Origin: Bacteroidota bacterium
GTDB lineage: Bacteria > Bacteroidota > Ignavibacteria > UBA10030
Reading direction: 5' to 3'
Assembly: GCA_035390885.1 (NCBI GenBank)
Contig: DAOOUW010000004.1
Coordinates: 2,102-66,101, forward strand
DNA: 64,000 nt
Of this stretch, positions 1 through 9,862 are shown piece by piece. How positions within the stretch are numbered: the stretch's first letter is position 1; each line of letters begins with the position of its first letter. The position numbers and the translations under genes were made by a program. The notes beneath the pieces were generated by a model, which saw nothing but the letters and a program-made list of their open reading frames with translations, made no database searches and was not told the origin of the DNA.

Positions 1-713
1 ATCCGAAGGGAATGAAAACCCATAGTATATGGTTGTTTTCATCTGACGAAGTCACAGGACCTTATAAACTCGTCAACGGTCCCTTAACGCCTCGATATAA
101 TAACGATGCAACTTTATTCGAAGATGATGATGGGCAGACTTATCTTTACTGCAGTGGAGACGGACTTTTTCAAGCAAAAATAGATCTATCGACAGGTAAA
201 GTGATTGGAAACGTTCAGAAGTTTCTTGATAAAAGATCACCCGGTAATCCAGATTGGATGATTGGAGGCATTGAAGGTCCCTTCGTAGTAAAAAGAGATG
301 GCATTTATTTTATGTTTTTTTCTTCATGGACTCGTGGGTATGAAGTAGGATTACTAAAATCAAAAAGTCCGCTCGGACCATGGGAACTAGCATCGCGCGA
401 ACCGATCTTCGGCACTCGTAAAAAAGGATATCGTTATGAACTTGCCCTTAGCGGCGGTTATGCAGATTTGAAATTCAATGACAGTGAAGATCCATACTGT
501 GAAACTGGACATAATGCTTTATTTGAAGGACCGGATGGGAAGTTGTGGAGTTCTTGTCATTACATTATGTACGATAAACGTCCTTATCCGTACTGTCGAA
601 CTCTCAAAGATTGGGAGCAAACCCCTCAATTGGGGATTGAACCTGTGTACTTTGTTCATGGAATGTTTTATATCAATGGTCCTACATGGACTGAACAATG
701 TATTGAATATTAA
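1..713 (+). CDS. Glycoside hydrolase family 43 (beta-xylosidase/alpha-L-arabinofuranosidase type), C-terminal part. It is probably truncated by the left window edge, since the frame is open back to position 1.
   Basis: The translation has GH43-like blocks 'IEGPFVVKRDGIYFMFFS' and 'GHNALFEGPDGKLW'. The 233-aa ORF is too short for a full five-bladed propeller. An SD-like 'aaggga' abuts the ATG at 12, which is too close for a real start. Confidence 0.55.
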   Translation, partial: PKGMKTHSIWLFSSDEVTGPYKLVNGPLTPRYNNDATLFEDDDGQTYLYCSGDGLFQAKIDLSTGKVIGNVQKFLDKRSPGNPDWMIGGIEGPFVVKRDGIYFMFFSSWTRGYEVGLLKSKSPLGPWELASREPIFGTRKKGYRYELALSGGYADLKFNDSEDPYCETGHNALFEGPDGKLWSSCHYIMYDKRPYPYCRTLKDWEQTPQLGIEPVYFVHGMFYINGPTWTEQCIEY

Positions 714-1181
714 CCCAGTTTATACAATAAAGATAACAGCAAGAAAAAAGGAGAAGCGAAATATAACCAAATCTGTGGCTTCAAGATGGACCATTGCTCA
801 ACTCAACCTTCGTTAAGACTTCCGTTGCCGAGTAGCCGATAAGGCGTACTGAGGAACAGATTATTTTTTAGGTAAATCCGACCTTAGAAAAATATGGTAC
901 GTAAAACGAGGCGAACGAAGCCTCAGCACAAAATTCTGTTTGACCCCGCTTTCGACTAAGTTGAAAGCGGGAGAGTTTATTTTGTGCAGCGGAGTGAGCC
1001 AAAGTTTTACTCATATTTTTCTTTAGTCTTGAACTTTTGGTTCTTTTCTTTCAAGAGAAAAGAACAAGCGCATTAATAAATTGTGTTTCTTGTTAGAAAT
1101 ATTTTTTTCTTGCTTCTAATTCATAATTTAGATTAATAATAATTTGGATTTAATAAATAATCATCAACAAGGAGTCAAATC

Positions 1182-2720
1182 ATGAAAAAACTATTTTTTC
1201 TTTTACTCGTACTTATCCCATTATCAACATTCGCTCAGACGGCAAAAATTAAAATTGATGTTGATAGATCAATAGGTGAAATAGATCCTAAAATCTATGG
1301 TGTCTTTATGGAACCAATTCAATTTAGTGGTAAGAGGATGGGATTACCGGACACTGCAAGCTTCAACACTATGTATGGAAATTTATATGATCCAGCCTCA
1401 CCTCTTGCGGATGAAAATGGATTCAGGAAAGATTATATCGAAGCAATGAGAGAGTTGAAAATCACCAATATGCGTTGGCCGGGTGGGAATTATGTAATGG
1501 CATACAACTGGCAGGATGGCATTGGGCCTAAGAATCAGCGACCCGCTCGAATCAATCTTGCATGGAGCGGGATTGACAATAATCATGTAGGCACAGATGA
1601 GTGGATAGCTTTGAATCAATCCATTGGCAGTGAAAACGTAATATGCGTAAATCTCGGACTTGCTACAATACAAGATGCTTGTTACTGGGTTGAATACTGT
1701 AATTTCCCAAAAGGAACCTATTACTCAGATTTGCGTGCAAAAAATGGACATCCTGCACCTTACAATATTAAAATATGGGATCTCGGAAACGAGGTCGATG
1801 GAGAACCATGGGAATTAGGCCACAAAAATGCTGATGATTACGTCAAGATTGCAAGAGAAGCAGCAAAAGCAATGAGATCGGTTGATAAAACTATCAAATT
1901 AGTCGCTTCTGGATCGTCTTATTATGAAAGTACGGGTAAATGGGTAGAATGGAATAGGAAAGTACTCGAAGGTCTTGGTGATATGGTAAATTATATTTCG
2001 ATTCATCGCTACTGGGAAAATTCGCCAGATTATTATACCTATATGGGACAAAGTGCGATTGATTTTGAAGAGAAAATATGCGTAACCGCAGCAACTATAG
2101 AAGCAGTGAAGACTATGAAAAATTATACAAATCCTATTTATATCTCTTTTGATGAATGGGGTATAATGTCTAGAAATTTTCTGTCAGTACTCCCAATAGC
2201 ACAAAGCTTCAACTCTTTTATTCGTCATGCCGATATTGTTAAGATGACTAATTTTACTATGCTTACTTCACTGTTAAGTATGGATAAAGATAAAGGTAGC
2301 TATAAAACGCCGTTATTTTATACATTCAAGTTATTCTCGAATAATTGTTATGGCAATTCTATTGATACGTATGTGCAGTGCGATACCTTTAATACCGAAA
2401 AGTATAAAGGCATCCCTTATCTCGATGTCTCAACCGTGTACAATAAAGAAACTCACACTGTATTTATTAATGTTGTCAACCGACATAAAACGAAATCCAT
2501 TGCAACTGAAATCAAAAGCGTTTCAGGCATTTTTACCGGGAAAGCTGAAGCAAGTGTTTTAAACAGTGAGTCGCTCGATGCGCCTTTCGCGTTCGATAAG
2601 CAAGAGCAATACAAACCAGTAATAAAAGAAATCAAAGTGGAAGGGAATAATATTTCATATTCATTTCCGCCCCATTCATTTACGCAAATCAAAGTCGGCG
2701 TGAAAAAAGTTTCAGAGTAG
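1182..2720 (+). CDS. abfA: Alpha-L-arabinofuranosidase, GH51, secreted.
   Basis: There is a signal peptide ('MKKLFFLLLVLIPLSTFAQ'). An N-terminal 'KIYGVFMEPIQF' block and 'WDLGNEVDG' (catalytic acid region) fit GH51. The 512-aa length fits. SD 'aaggag' precedes the ATG. Confidence 0.7.
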   Translation: MKKLFFLLLVLIPLSTFAQTAKIKIDVDRSIGEIDPKIYGVFMEPIQFSGKRMGLPDTASFNTMYGNLYDPASPLADENGFRKDYIEAMRELKITNMRWPGGNYVMAYNWQDGIGPKNQRPARINLAWSGIDNNHVGTDEWIALNQSIGSENVICVNLGLATIQDACYWVEYCNFPKGTYYSDLRAKNGHPAPYNIKIWDLGNEVDGEPWELGHKNADDYVKIAREAAKAMRSVDKTIKLVASGSSYYESTGKWVEWNRKVLEGLGDMVNYISIHRYWENSPDYYTYMGQSAIDFEEKICVTAATIEAVKTMKNYTNPIYISFDEWGIMSRNFLSVLPIAQSFNSFIRHADIVKMTNFTMLTSLLSMDKDKGSYKTPLFYTFKLFSNNCYGNSIDTYVQCDTFNTEKYKGIPYLDVSTVYNKETHTVFINVVNRHKTKSIATEIKSVSGIFTGKAEASVLNSESLDAPFAFDKQEQYKPVIKEIKVEGNNISYSFPPHSFTQIKVGVKKVSE

Positions 2721-2755
2721 ATTTTATTGAAAAATTAAATTTTAGGAGATAAACT

Positions 2756-3664
2756 ATGAAACAAATTTCGATTTTTATTTTTTCTCTAATGATCTTTACC
2801 AATTGTTTTGGTCAGCAATACTCAAAGAGCTGGAAAGATCTGAATTATGGTGGTGATGAAAAGGTCTACCATAAACTGGATATTTATTTACCTCAAACTG
2901 AAAAACCGACTTATCCAGTTGTTGTCGTAATATACGGCAGTGCCTGGTTTAGTAATAACTCGAAAGAAATGGCACTTCCCTCTTTGGGCAAACCGCTTCT
3001 TGATGCAGGTTTTGCTATTGTAACGCCGAATCATCGTTCGAGTATGGATGCAAAATTCCCCGCACAAATTAATGATATTAAAGCTGTCATAAGATTTATA
3101 AGAGCTAATGCGGCAAAATATCAAATTGACACTTCGTTTATTGGCATTACCGGATTTTCATCTGGTGGGCATCTTGCATCTCTTGCTGGCACATCCGGAG
3201 GAGTTAAGCAATATACAGTTGGTTCAGTAACTCTCGACATCGAAGGCAATGTTGGCCAGTACACGACCTATAGTAGTGCAGTCAATGCTGTTGTGGATTG
3301 GTTCGGACCTATTGCAATCTCAGTAATGGATTCTTGTAAAAGAAGTAAGGATGCTAAATCCCCTGAAGCTATTTTAATTGGTGGACCAATTGAGGAAAAT
3401 CTCGATAAATGTGCACTTGCTAATCCTATTACCTACATTGACACAAACGATCCACCTTTTCTTATCCTTCATGGTGATGCTGATCCATTAGTTCCTCTCT
3501 GTCAAAGTCAATTGTTCTTTAATGCGCTGCAAAAGGCTAAAGTACCAAGTCAACTTGTTATAGTACCCGGTGGTCAACATGGACCTGGCTTATTTGATGA
3601 GAAATATTATAAAATGATGACAGATTTTTTCTTAAAGGAAGCTAATAGATTAAAAGAACATTGA
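2756..3664 (+). CDS. Secreted alpha/beta-hydrolase esterase, probably a carbohydrate esterase.
   Basis: It has a signal peptide and a GxSxG nucleophile elbow in 'GFSSGGHLA'. A C-terminal 'HGDADPLVP' matches the catalytic Asp/His region of the alpha/beta hydrolase fold. It is embedded in the xylan locus. Confidence 0.6.
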   Translation: MKQISIFIFSLMIFTNCFGQQYSKSWKDLNYGGDEKVYHKLDIYLPQTEKPTYPVVVVIYGSAWFSNNSKEMALPSLGKPLLDAGFAIVTPNHRSSMDAKFPAQINDIKAVIRFIRANAAKYQIDTSFIGITGFSSGGHLASLAGTSGGVKQYTVGSVTLDIEGNVGQYTTYSSAVNAVVDWFGPIAISVMDSCKRSKDAKSPEAILIGGPIEENLDKCALANPITYIDTNDPPFLILHGDADPLVPLCQSQLFFNALQKAKVPSQLVIVPGGQHGPGLFDEKYYKMMTDFFLKEANRLKEH

Positions 3665-3908
3665 TGATTTGCCAGATATATTATAATTTTCATGCCCTCG
3701 ATTTTTAGTAGATAAAAAAACAGAAAAATGGTAACTTTGTTTTTCTTGTTGTAAATAGTTATAAATGATAGATGGTTTTCGTTTTTTGCATCTTTCGAAG
3801 GAGTCTTTTTTTGATTTGGGGAGAATGATGAGCGGAATTGAAATACCAGCGCCCGACCAAGATTTTCATGCCTTAAATTTTGAACAATAATTTATAAAGG
3901 AATCTCAA

Positions 3909-5999
3909 ATGAAAAATCTTTCCTACAAAATCGAAGTAACGATTGGTTTAATAATCTTAACATTGTTCCCTTTTTCTCTCGATGCAGAAAATGGGCACAA
4001 CCTCTGGTTACGTAACAAGAGTACCGCTCAGGTGAATGTAATATGTTCCGAAAAATCACCGACACTTCAAATTGCAAAACAGGAACTACAGCAATGCTGG
4101 CAGGGAGAAGCAAATGCAACGGTACGGCTTGTCATTAAAAATGATAAAGCCATTAAAGGAGATGGTTTCAGAATTAGCGCCAATCAAATTCAGGCAAATA
4201 CTGAAATTGGCGCTTTATACGGAGTTTATGAATTATTGCGTCGTCAGCAAACAGGTAAACCAATATGCGAAGAAGTTTGCAATCCCTCATACGAACGACG
4301 ATTATTAAATCATTGGAATAATCTTGATGGTTCTATGGAACGAGGTTATTCAGGGAATTCTATTTTCTGGCGTAAAGGTGAGAATGCTTTTGTGGTTACT
4401 GAGACTGATAAGCGATTGTGGCAGGAATATGCTCGTGCGAACGCATCTATAGGAATAAATGGCGCAGTTCTTAATAACGTAAATGCTTCGCCCTCGGTTT
4501 TATCAAATGATTATCTTAAGAGAGTCAAAGCTATCGCAGATGTTCTGCGACCGTATGGAATCAAGACATATCTTTCCGTCAATTTTGCTTCCCCGGCTGT
4601 ACTTGGGAAATTAAAAACTTCTGATCCATTGGAACCCGAAGTTAGAAAATGGTGGAAAGTCAAAGTTCAAGAAATTTATAGTTTGATCCCAGATTTTGGT
4701 GGATTTTTAGTAAAAGCGAATAGTGAAGGACAACCTGGTCCGCAAGATTTTGGTCGCACCCATGTGGATGGAGCAAATATGATCGCCGACGCACTTCATC
4801 CTTTTGGTGGAATTGTCATGTGGCGAGCTTTTGTGTATAATCCTTCAAGTGAAGATAGAGCGAAACAAGCATATCTGGAATTTATGCCATTCGATGGACA
4901 GTTTCGAGACAATGTTATTATTCAGGTAAAAAATGGACCTGTTGATTTTCAACCTCGAGAACCATTCAGTCCACTTTTTGGTGGAATGAAAAAAACTTCT
5001 GTCATGCCAGAACTTCAAATTACTCAGGAATATCTTGGGCAATCCGTTCATCTGGTATTTCTTGCAACGATGTGGGAGGAATTTCTGCAAAGCGATACTT
5101 ATCAAGCAGGCAAAGGAAGTATCGTTGCTCGTTGCACCGATGGAAGCCTCTTTCCACAAAAATATACTGCAATTGCAGGAGTATCGAACATTGGATTAGA
5201 TACAAATTGGTGCGGTCATCTTTTTGCTCAAGCAAATTGGTACGCCTTCGGCCGTTTGGCATGGAACAATTGTCTGACAAGCGAACAAATTGCTGATGAG
5301 TGGCTAAAACTGACTTTTGGACAAAGTATCGAGAAAAACAGTGAAGATAATTCAATAATGTTTGCCGATTGGAACTTGAATTTTCTACAGCCAGTAAAGC
5401 AGATGATGCTCGAGAGTCGTGAAGCCGCCGTCAATTATATGATGCCTCTGGGATTACATCATATTTTTGCGCCTGATCATCATTATGGACCCGGTCCCTG
5501 GTGGGCACCTGAGGGAGTAAGAAAAGATTGGACGCCGCCCTACTATCATCAAGCTGATTCCTTTGGCATCGGCTTCAATCGAACAGAAACTGGCAGCAAT
5601 GCCGTAAGTCAGTATCATGAACCGCTACAATCAATATTTTCCAATCCTAAAACCTGTCCTGACATTTATTTATTGTGGTTCCATCATTTACCATGGAATT
5701 ATGTAATGAACAGTGGCCGTACCCTATGGAATGAACTATGCTATCATTATAATGAAGGAGTAAATCAGGTACGTGAATTTCAAAAAACATGGGATAAAGT
5801 TCAGTCTTACGTAGATACAGAACGATTTGTACATGTTCAGAGAAAACTTCGAGAACAATGCGTAAATGCTCAGGTATGGAAAGATGCATGCCTGCTTTAT
5901 TTTCAGCAATTTAATGGCTTGCCAATTCCTTACAATATAGAACGGCCGATCTATAATTTAGAAGATTTGATAAAAAGCGATATGGAAAGAAGGCCATAG
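3909..5999 (+). CDS. aguA: Alpha-glucuronidase, GH67.
   Basis: The 696-aa length is typical of GH67. An N-terminal 'GHNLWLRNKS' resembles the GH67 'DGY(Q/R)LWLRY' start. The central TIM-barrel region is consistent with GH67, and the gene sits in a xylanolytic context. Confidence 0.75.
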   Translation: MKNLSYKIEVTIGLIILTLFPFSLDAENGHNLWLRNKSTAQVNVICSEKSPTLQIAKQELQQCWQGEANATVRLVIKNDKAIKGDGFRISANQIQANTEIGALYGVYELLRRQQTGKPICEEVCNPSYERRLLNHWNNLDGSMERGYSGNSIFWRKGENAFVVTETDKRLWQEYARANASIGINGAVLNNVNASPSVLSNDYLKRVKAIADVLRPYGIKTYLSVNFASPAVLGKLKTSDPLEPEVRKWWKVKVQEIYSLIPDFGGFLVKANSEGQPGPQDFGRTHVDGANMIADALHPFGGIVMWRAFVYNPSSEDRAKQAYLEFMPFDGQFRDNVIIQVKNGPVDFQPREPFSPLFGGMKKTSVMPELQITQEYLGQSVHLVFLATMWEEFLQSDTYQAGKGSIVARCTDGSLFPQKYTAIAGVSNIGLDTNWCGHLFAQANWYAFGRLAWNNCLTSEQIADEWLKLTFGQSIEKNSEDNSIMFADWNLNFLQPVKQMMLESREAAVNYMMPLGLHHIFAPDHHYGPGPWWAPEGVRKDWTPPYYHQADSFGIGFNRTETGSNAVSQYHEPLQSIFSNPKTCPDIYLLWFHHLPWNYVMNSGRTLWNELCYHYNEGVNQVREFQKTWDKVQSYVDTERFVHVQRKLREQCVNAQVWKDACLLYFQQFNGLPIPYNIERPIYNLEDLIKSDMERRP

Positions 6000-6872
6000 A
6001 TTCAGATATAAATTTTTTACCATTTTTATCTATCCTTTAAGAAAAATTGTCCAATGCTGGTAGATTTTCTTAAAAATGGTCGCTCTTTTTTCTTGAATTA
6101 TCTCTGCAAAAATCCGCGAAATCTGCGTGGGAATTCCACAGAGATTGTCCAGATAAAAAATTCTTCTTATGCTGTTTTAATGAATACTTTGATTAACAAA
6201 TTTTTTCGAAGTGCTTTTATTCTACTTAAAAAATTATTATAATCCTATAAGGTTTTTTAATAATTGATAAATGAGTTTGCTATATAAATAAATTGAGTTC
6301 ATTGCAAAATTAGGATCTCAATGAGTATGAGCCTTAAGTATAGTAAAGAGTACGTTCAGCAACTTGCTTTAAATTCTGATCGCAACTTCACAAAAAGGCC
6401 TTTCCTTTCCCTTACCGAAGCATTGAATAGTGTTGTTTTTCACCTCATCAAAATGTGGCGCAATAAATAAGCGCCTTAACAATAGAATGAATTGCTATTT
6501 CTATGAACATTAGTTGCTTCAATAGAATCTTCCGTGTGTTTCAAGAGTTGGTCAGGAGGCAAACCAGAACTTTTTCCTCTGTACTTCTTTAGATTGGAGA
6601 AGGGTCTCCATCATCTGTTCTTGTGGCTTTTCTGATAGCTTTAGCCGAGGGATATAGTTTCGTTATCTGCCGTAACGAAAGGTTGCATTTATGCAATTTA
6701 ACCTTAGCTCAAGAAGTCTTAGTGGTATACGCTACGTTCACTATGCGCAGCCATTAACTTTGCATTGTTTAAGTCCACCTAAAATTCCTCTTTGTATAAT
6801 TTCTTTTTTTGTAGAGTAATTTTTAAAATCACAAACATATTTACTTTAAAGAAGGAAGGGTGGTATTATTAT

Positions 6873-7583
6873 ATGAAACTGCATAAAATATCAATATGTA
6901 CATTAACAATACTGACGATAGCAATGGTTATTGTTGGGGGATGCCAACAACCGACTGAACCAATAGCAACTGAAGACACTCAGAATGAATTATCAGTAAC
7001 TTCACTAAAAAAGACTGCCGGTACAGGATGGGACCATGGTTACTTCTGGTCCTTATATCGGGAAGGTGGATCAGCAAGCATAACATTCCCCAGTGCAGGC
7101 ACGTATGCCGGCAATTTTGCTATTAGTTATAGCAATGTAACCGATGTAGTTGGCGGTAAAGGTTGGAATCCAGGCTCTGCTAGAAATGTCAACTATAACA
7201 TCGGCGCTCTAAGTGGAAGCTATAATTTTGTTGGTGTCTATGGGTGGACGACAAATCCTCTTATTGAATATTACGTTGCGGAGAAAGGCTCTGTAACAGG
7301 CGGAACATATATAAATTCTGTAACCAGCGATGGACATTCTTACAGCGTTTATAAGCAGCAGCGAGTCAATGCACCCTCTATTATAGGCACTGCAACATTT
7401 TGGCAATACAAAGATACCTGGGGCGGCGCGTCAACTGGTTCGAACCGCACAGTAACTATGTCCAACCATATTAACAATTGGAAGAGTAAAGGCGGACAGG
7501 GCTTTGGAAGTTACAATTACATGATATTTGCATTGGAGGCGTGGGGTGGTAAAAGTGGATATATCAATGCAACCGTGTGGTGA
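6873..7583 (+). CDS. xynA: Endo-1,4-beta-xylanase GH11, predicted lipoprotein. The ORF-track start at 6792 is probably upstream of the true start.
   Basis: GH11 signatures are 'YGWTTNPLIEYYV', 'VTSDGHSYSVYKQQRVNAPSIIGTATFWQY' and 'FALEAWGG'. SD 'gaaggaagg' precedes the ATG at 6873. The signal 'TILTIAMVIVGGC' has a lipobox Cys. Confidence 0.85.
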   Translation: MKLHKISICTLTILTIAMVIVGGCQQPTEPIATEDTQNELSVTSLKKTAGTGWDHGYFWSLYREGGSASITFPSAGTYAGNFAISYSNVTDVVGGKGWNPGSARNVNYNIGALSGSYNFVGVYGWTTNPLIEYYVAEKGSVTGGTYINSVTSDGHSYSVYKQQRVNAPSIIGTATFWQYKDTWGGASTGSNRTVTMSNHINNWKSKGGQGFGSYNYMIFALEAWGGKSGYINATVW

Positions 7584-7636
7584 TAGGTACGGTTCTATGT
7601 ATTGAAAAAACTCTTTTGATCATTTGTTATCTTTAT

Positions 7637-7676
7637 AAGGCCGGCCGGTTTTCAAAGCCGCCGGCCTTTTCTGTTT
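7637..7676 (+). terminator. Rho-independent terminator downstream of the GH11 gene.
   Basis: GC-rich inverted repeat 'aaggccggccgg...ccgccggcctt' followed by 'ttttctgttt'. Confidence 0.6.
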
Positions 7677-7939
7677 CACTAAACAATTCAGAAGAGTAAA
7701 AATATAAACAATACTGCGCTGGTAATAAGCGCTTTGAAATTCTGTAAATCTTGAAGAACCCAAAATAATTTTGTAACCTCAAATAGAGGTTATTTTTGAA
7801 TACAAAATAAATCAACTCAAGCCAGAAATTTTTATCATGATTTTTTCTCAATTAAACGAAAGGCTTTCTGTATTATAAAAATTGCACTAGAGAACATCGT
7901 ATCGTTTATCTTTTCTTAATTATTAAAGGCGTCGTTTCA

Positions 7940-8767
7940 ATGAGAGGTTGGTTAAATTTATTTTTACTGACAATAATGATTCTTGGTAATGGATGTTCGC
8001 AAAAAGTTCCTGAACATTTTATATTGGTTAAAGGCGGTACTTTTAAGAACAATAGATCAAACTACTACGGAAAAAATGTATCGGTGTCGAATTTCTATAT
8101 TGGTAAATACGAGATAACTCAAAAAGAATGGATTGAGGTAATGGGGAATAATCCATCACAATTCAAAGGCGATAACCTGCCAGTAGAAATGGTAAGTTGG
8201 TATGATTGTATTGAGTATTGCAATCGAAGGAGTCAAAAAGAGGAGTTAAAACCTTACTATCAAATTGAGAAGAATAAAAAAGATCCAGGTAATGATAATG
8301 ATTTCGATGATGTGAAGTGGATTGTAACAATCAATTCGGGAGCAAATGGATACCGACTGCCTACAGAAATAGAGTGGGAATATGCTGCAAGTGGAGGTCA
8401 GTTGAGTAAAAATTATCTATACAGCGGAAGCAATGATATAAATGAAGTTGCTTGGTATTGGAGAAATTCAGGAGATAAATTTTTAACAGAATATTGGTCA
8501 TGGCCTGTGATAGAACAAAATCACAATAAAACGAATCCTGTTGGTATTAAAAAACCCAATGAGTTAGGTCTTTACGATATGTCAGGGAATGTACGGGAAT
8601 GGTGTTGGGAATGGTATAAAAGTAATGACGATGAGCCTATAAGAAAGATTTGGAAAGGCGGCGGATGGCTTGGAGCTGAATTCTGCTGCGAATTGTCTTA
8701 TCTAGGTGGTTTTGAAGCCAATGGCAAAGGTCCCGATCAAGGCTTGCGTGTATGCCGAAGCAAGTAA
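7940..8767 (+). CDS. FGE-sulfatase (formylglycine-generating enzyme / SUMF1-like) domain lipoprotein.
   Basis: FGE-domain blocks are 'GYRLPTEIEWEYAASGG' and 'GLYDMSGNVREWCWEWY'. The N-terminal 'LGNGCS' is a lipobox. Confidence 0.7.
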   Translation: MRGWLNLFLLTIMILGNGCSQKVPEHFILVKGGTFKNNRSNYYGKNVSVSNFYIGKYEITQKEWIEVMGNNPSQFKGDNLPVEMVSWYDCIEYCNRRSQKEELKPYYQIEKNKKDPGNDNDFDDVKWIVTINSGANGYRLPTEIEWEYAASGGQLSKNYLYSGSNDINEVAWYWRNSGDKFLTEYWSWPVIEQNHNKTNPVGIKKPNELGLYDMSGNVREWCWEWYKSNDDEPIRKIWKGGGWLGAEFCCELSYLGGFEANGKGPDQGLRVCRSK

Positions 8768-8857
8768 ATCAAAACCTGAGCGATAACCACAATAGCAAAT
8801 TTTGTATTAGTAAATGGATAATTTTATAACAGATGTTTGTAAATAGAAAGTTATTGT

Positions 8858-9448
8858 ATGAAAAAACTTGTCTATCTGTGTTCTCTGCTGGTTTTGTTAA
8901 CTTCGTTGAATTGTTCAAAAAAGGACGATAATCCTATAGCAACGGATGGAGCAAATAACAGTTCTGTTAATGTACTATTCTATGATTCATTTGAAGAAAA
9001 TGGTATGGGCTCTTTGCGCGGCTGGTCATATTATGATAGTTCATATAATAAGTATTTTTCATTCTCGACTGATGTGCCAGATAATTCAAGCAAATATTCT
9101 TTGTGTATTGAAAATGATTCGATTAGTGGACCCTATATCTTTCGAATTTTGAAAAATCAATCAATCGTGAATCAAAGAATTCTGGTGTTTGACTTTTGGG
9201 CAAAAGGGGAAGGTGGAACATTGCTTTCAGTTGAAATTGCATTGAATGATTCAGTCAATGGATTCAGTTTGTTAATGAATACTGATGCACAATGGAGGCA
9301 TGTCATTGATACATTGCGCGACGAACTGAATCTGTATTCCCCGAATTCTGATTCTCTTATGATTATCATAGGCGGCGTTAATTACGATCCAAATCGGCAT
9401 AAAATATTTTTAGATGAATTCAAAATTTCTGAACTCATCAGCCAATAA
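8858..9448 (+). CDS. Hypothetical lipoprotein.
   Basis: Signal peptide plus lipobox 'LTSLNCS'. No recognisable catalytic motif. Confidence 0.4.
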   Translation: MKKLVYLCSLLVLLTSLNCSKKDDNPIATDGANNSSVNVLFYDSFEENGMGSLRGWSYYDSSYNKYFSFSTDVPDNSSKYSLCIENDSISGPYIFRILKNQSIVNQRILVFDFWAKGEGGTLLSVEIALNDSVNGFSLLMNTDAQWRHVIDTLRDELNLYSPNSDSLMIIIGGVNYDPNRHKIFLDEFKISELISQ

Positions 9449-9490
9449 CTTAAGCTCTAATAATACACAAACTATTTCAAGTAAATGATT

Positions 9491-9625
9491 TTGCGAAAAA
9501 GATTGTTGCCTCGATACGCCTTACGGCACCTCGGCAACCGATTCTCTGACGGTGGCTGAGGTGGATATCAGTCCGTATCGAACCCACCATTTTGGTTTCC
9601 TTTTCTTTCGCCAATTTTATTGTTT
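9491..9625 (+). repeat. Copy A of a roughly 135-nt conserved intergenic element with a cloverleaf-like structure. A second copy is at 59456-59587.
   Basis: Near-identical sequence is found at 59456-59587. An 8-bp outer helix 'tcgatacg'/'cgtatcga' encloses three hairpins. One hairpin differs between copies with base-pair-preserving changes (A 'gga tatcag tcc', B 'gagc gata gctc'). Confidence 0.6.
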
Positions 9626-9821
9626 TACTTCATCTTATACTTCTATTGCTACCGTTATTGCATAATCTGGGTTAAACTTCTTCAATAAAAACAAATTGTC
9701 TCTGAGAAGAGACACAAAATCTGTACGAGAAAAATTCTGTAGCCCCGTATCTATGTTATTTTTTTGCTACTTTCATTTTTCTGAGCAATTTTGGATAAAA
9801 ATTATGCTTTATTCTCTCTGA

Positions 9822-9862
9822 TAAAAAAACGGGCAAGCCGTAGGTAGTATTGGCTTGCCCGT
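9822..9862 (-). terminator. Terminator-like hairpin oriented for the minus strand, with no minus-strand gene upstream.
   Basis: Perfect 10-bp inverted repeat 'cgggcaagcc...ggcttgcccg' preceded on the plus strand by 'aaaaaaa', which reads as stem plus T7 on the minus strand. Confidence 0.45.

Noticed and set aside
12-816. Numerous short antisense or overlapping ORFs in the six-frame track, for example 478-816, 1398-1673, 12435-12719 and 20693-21046.
   Set aside because: They lie entirely inside well-supported longer genes on the opposite strand or in other frames. They show no motifs or RBS and are treated as spurious.
9485-9640. Assignment of the repeated element to a known riboswitch class (TPP, SAM-I, cobalamin, glycine, c-di-GMP-I, purine, fluoride) or to tRNA, tmRNA or SRP RNA.
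   Set aside because: Short partial resemblances (GGCAACC, TCGAATCC..ACCA) do not extend to the defining conserved cores of any of these families. It is left unclassified.
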